Assembly (NCBI RefSeq): GCF_964213995.1
Contig: NC_135819.1
Span: forward strand, 7,502,001 to 7,566,000
Source of the DNA: Mustelus asterias
Taxonomy: Eukaryota
Direction of reading: 5' to 3'
DNA length: 64,000 nt
Below, piece by piece: positions 61,834-64,000 of the stretch. Each line of letters starts with the position of its first letter. Positions within the stretch are counted from its first letter, which is position 1. The translations under genes and the position numbers were made by a program. The notes below the pieces were generated by a model that saw nothing but the letters and a program-made list of their open reading frames with translations, did no database searches and had not been told where the DNA came from.

Positions 61834-64000
61834 GGAGCCTCAATGAGTGACTCGGAATGAGGAACCTCAATGAGTGACTCGGAATGATGGAACCTCAATG
61901 AGTGACTCGGAATAAGGGAACCTCAATGAGTGACTCGGAATGAGGGAGCCTCAATGAGTGATTCAGAGTGAGGAGGGAGACTCAATGAGTGACTCGGAAT
62001 GAGGGAACCTCAATGAGTGACTCGGAATAAGGGAACCTCAATGAGTGACTCGGAATGAGGGAACCTCAATGAGTGACTTGGAATGAGGGAGCCTCAATGA
62101 GTGACACGGAATGAGGGAACCTCAATGAGCGACTCAGAGTGAGGAGGGTGCCTCAATGAGTGACTCGGAATGAGGAAGCCTCAATGAGGGACTCGGAATG
62201 AGGGAACCTCACTGAGTGATTCGGAGTGAGGAAGCCTCAATGAGTGACTCAGAATGAGGAGAGAGCCTAAATGAGTGACTCGGAATGAGGGAACCTCAAT
62301 GAGTGACTCGGAATGAGGGAACCTCAATGAGTGACTCGGAATAAGGGAACCTCAATCAGTGACTCGGAATGAGGGACCCTCAATGAGTGACTCGGAATGA
62401 GGGACCCTCAATGAGTGATTCAGAGTGAGGAGGGAGACTCGAAGAGTGACTTGGAATGAGGGAACTTCAATGAGTGACTCGGAATGAGGAAGCCTCAATG
62501 AGTGACTCGGAGTGAGCCTCAATGAGTGACTCAGAATGAGAGAGCCTCAATGAGTGACCCGGAATGAGGGAACCTCAATGAGTGACTCAGAATGAGGGCG
62601 CCTCAATGAGTGACTTGATATGAGGGAGTCTCAATGAGTGACTCAGAATGAGGGAACCTCAATGAGTGACTCGGAGTGAGGGAACCTCAATGAGTGACTC
62701 GGAGTGAGCCTCAATGAGTGACTCAGAATAAGGGAAACCCAATGAGTGACTCGGAATGAGGGAGCCTCAATGTGTGACTCGGAGTGAGGAGGAAGCCTTC
62801 ATGAGTGACTCGGTATGAGGGAGCCTCAATGAGTGACTTGGAGTGAGCCTCAATGAGTGACTCAGAATAAGGGAAACCCAATGAGTGACTCGGAATGAGG
62901 GAGCCTCATGAGTGACTCAGAATGAGGGAACCTCAATGAGTGACTCGGAGTGAGCCTCAATGAGTGACTCGGAATGAGGTAACCTCAATGAGTGATTCCG
63001 AGTGAGGAGGGAGACTCAATGAGTGACTTGGAATGAGGGAACCTCAATGAGTGACTCGGAATGAGAGAGCCTCAATGAGTGACCCGGAATGAGGAAACCT
63101 CAATGAGTGACTCAGAATGAGGGAGCCTCAATGAGTGACTCGAAATGAGGGAACCTCAATGAGTGACTCGGAGTGAGCCTCAATGAGTGACTTGGAATGA
63201 GGGAGCCTCAATGAGTGACTCAGAATGAGGTAACCTCAATGAGTGATTCCGAGTGAGGAGGGAGACTCAATGAGTGACTCGGAATGAGGGAACCTCAATG
63301 AGTGACTCGGAGTGAGCCTCAATGAGTGACTTGGAATGAGGGAGCCTCAATGAGTGACTCGCAATGAGGTAACCTCAATGAGTAATTCCGAGTCAGGAGG
63401 GAGACTCAATGCGTGACTTGGAATGAGGGAACCTCAATGAATGACTCAGAATGAGGGAACCTCAATGAGTGACTCGGAGTGAAGGAGCCTCAATGAGTGA
63501 CTCGGAATGAGGAAGCCTAAATGAGGGACTCGGAATGAGGGAACCTCACTGAGTGATTCAGAGTGAGGAAGCCTCAATGAGTGACTCGGAATGAGGAGAG
63601 AGCCTAAATGAGTGACTCGGAATGAGGAAACCTCAATGAATGACTCGACATGAGGGAACCTCAATGAGTGACTCGGAATGAGGGAGTCTCAATGAGTGAC
63701 TCAGAATGAGGGAAGCTCAATGAATGACTCAGAATGAGAGAGCCTCAATGAGTGACTCGGAATGAGGGAACCTCAATGAGTGACTCGGAATGAGGGAGTC
63801 TCAATGAGTGACTCGGTATGAGGGAACCTCAATGAGTGACTCGGAATGAGGGAGTCTCAATGAGTGACTCAGAATGAGGGAAGCTCAATGAATGACTCAG
63901 AATGAGAGAGCCTCAATGAGTGACTCGGAATGAGGGAACATCTATGAGTGACTCGGAGTGAGGGAGCCTCAATGGGTGACGCAGAATGAGGGAACCTCTA
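61834..64000. repeat. ~28-bp satellite (cctcaatgagtgactcggaatgagggaa), degenerate, runs off the window end
   Basis: Directly visible. Confidence 0.95.

Overview
This is repeat-dense eukaryotic DNA, very probably from a shark or other cartilaginous fish (inferred from HE1-like and Deu-domain SINEs, CR1 LINEs and Penelope-like elements). Tandem satellites occupy both ends (1-5.6 kb and 61.6-64 kb). One host gene is reconstructable on the + strand: an ICAM/VCAM-family Ig-superfamily adhesion molecule with a leader exon (~8177), five Ig exons (two from a recent tandem duplication) and a TM/cytoplasmic exon ending at 32412. Its third Ig exon has lost its phase-1 splice donor where a CR1 tail abuts it. 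The rest is mobile DNA: many CR1 copies (one with an intact 944-aa ORF2), Penelope-like elements, solo LTRs, a Gypsy provirus nested in one CR1 and interrupted by another, and a pol-defective tRNA-Ser-primed endogenous retrovirus. Two observations stand out. (1) The Gypsy element has no tRNA PBS; a 16-nt complement of its own LTR poly(A)-signal region occupies the PBS position. A related LTR family has left an integrated 612-bp palindrome whose fold-back junction has the same geometry, which points to self-priming and snap-back. (2) A TSD-flanked, poly(A)-tailed retroposon starts with U2 snRNA nt 7-37. All coordinates and counts were read by eye and no database searches were run.
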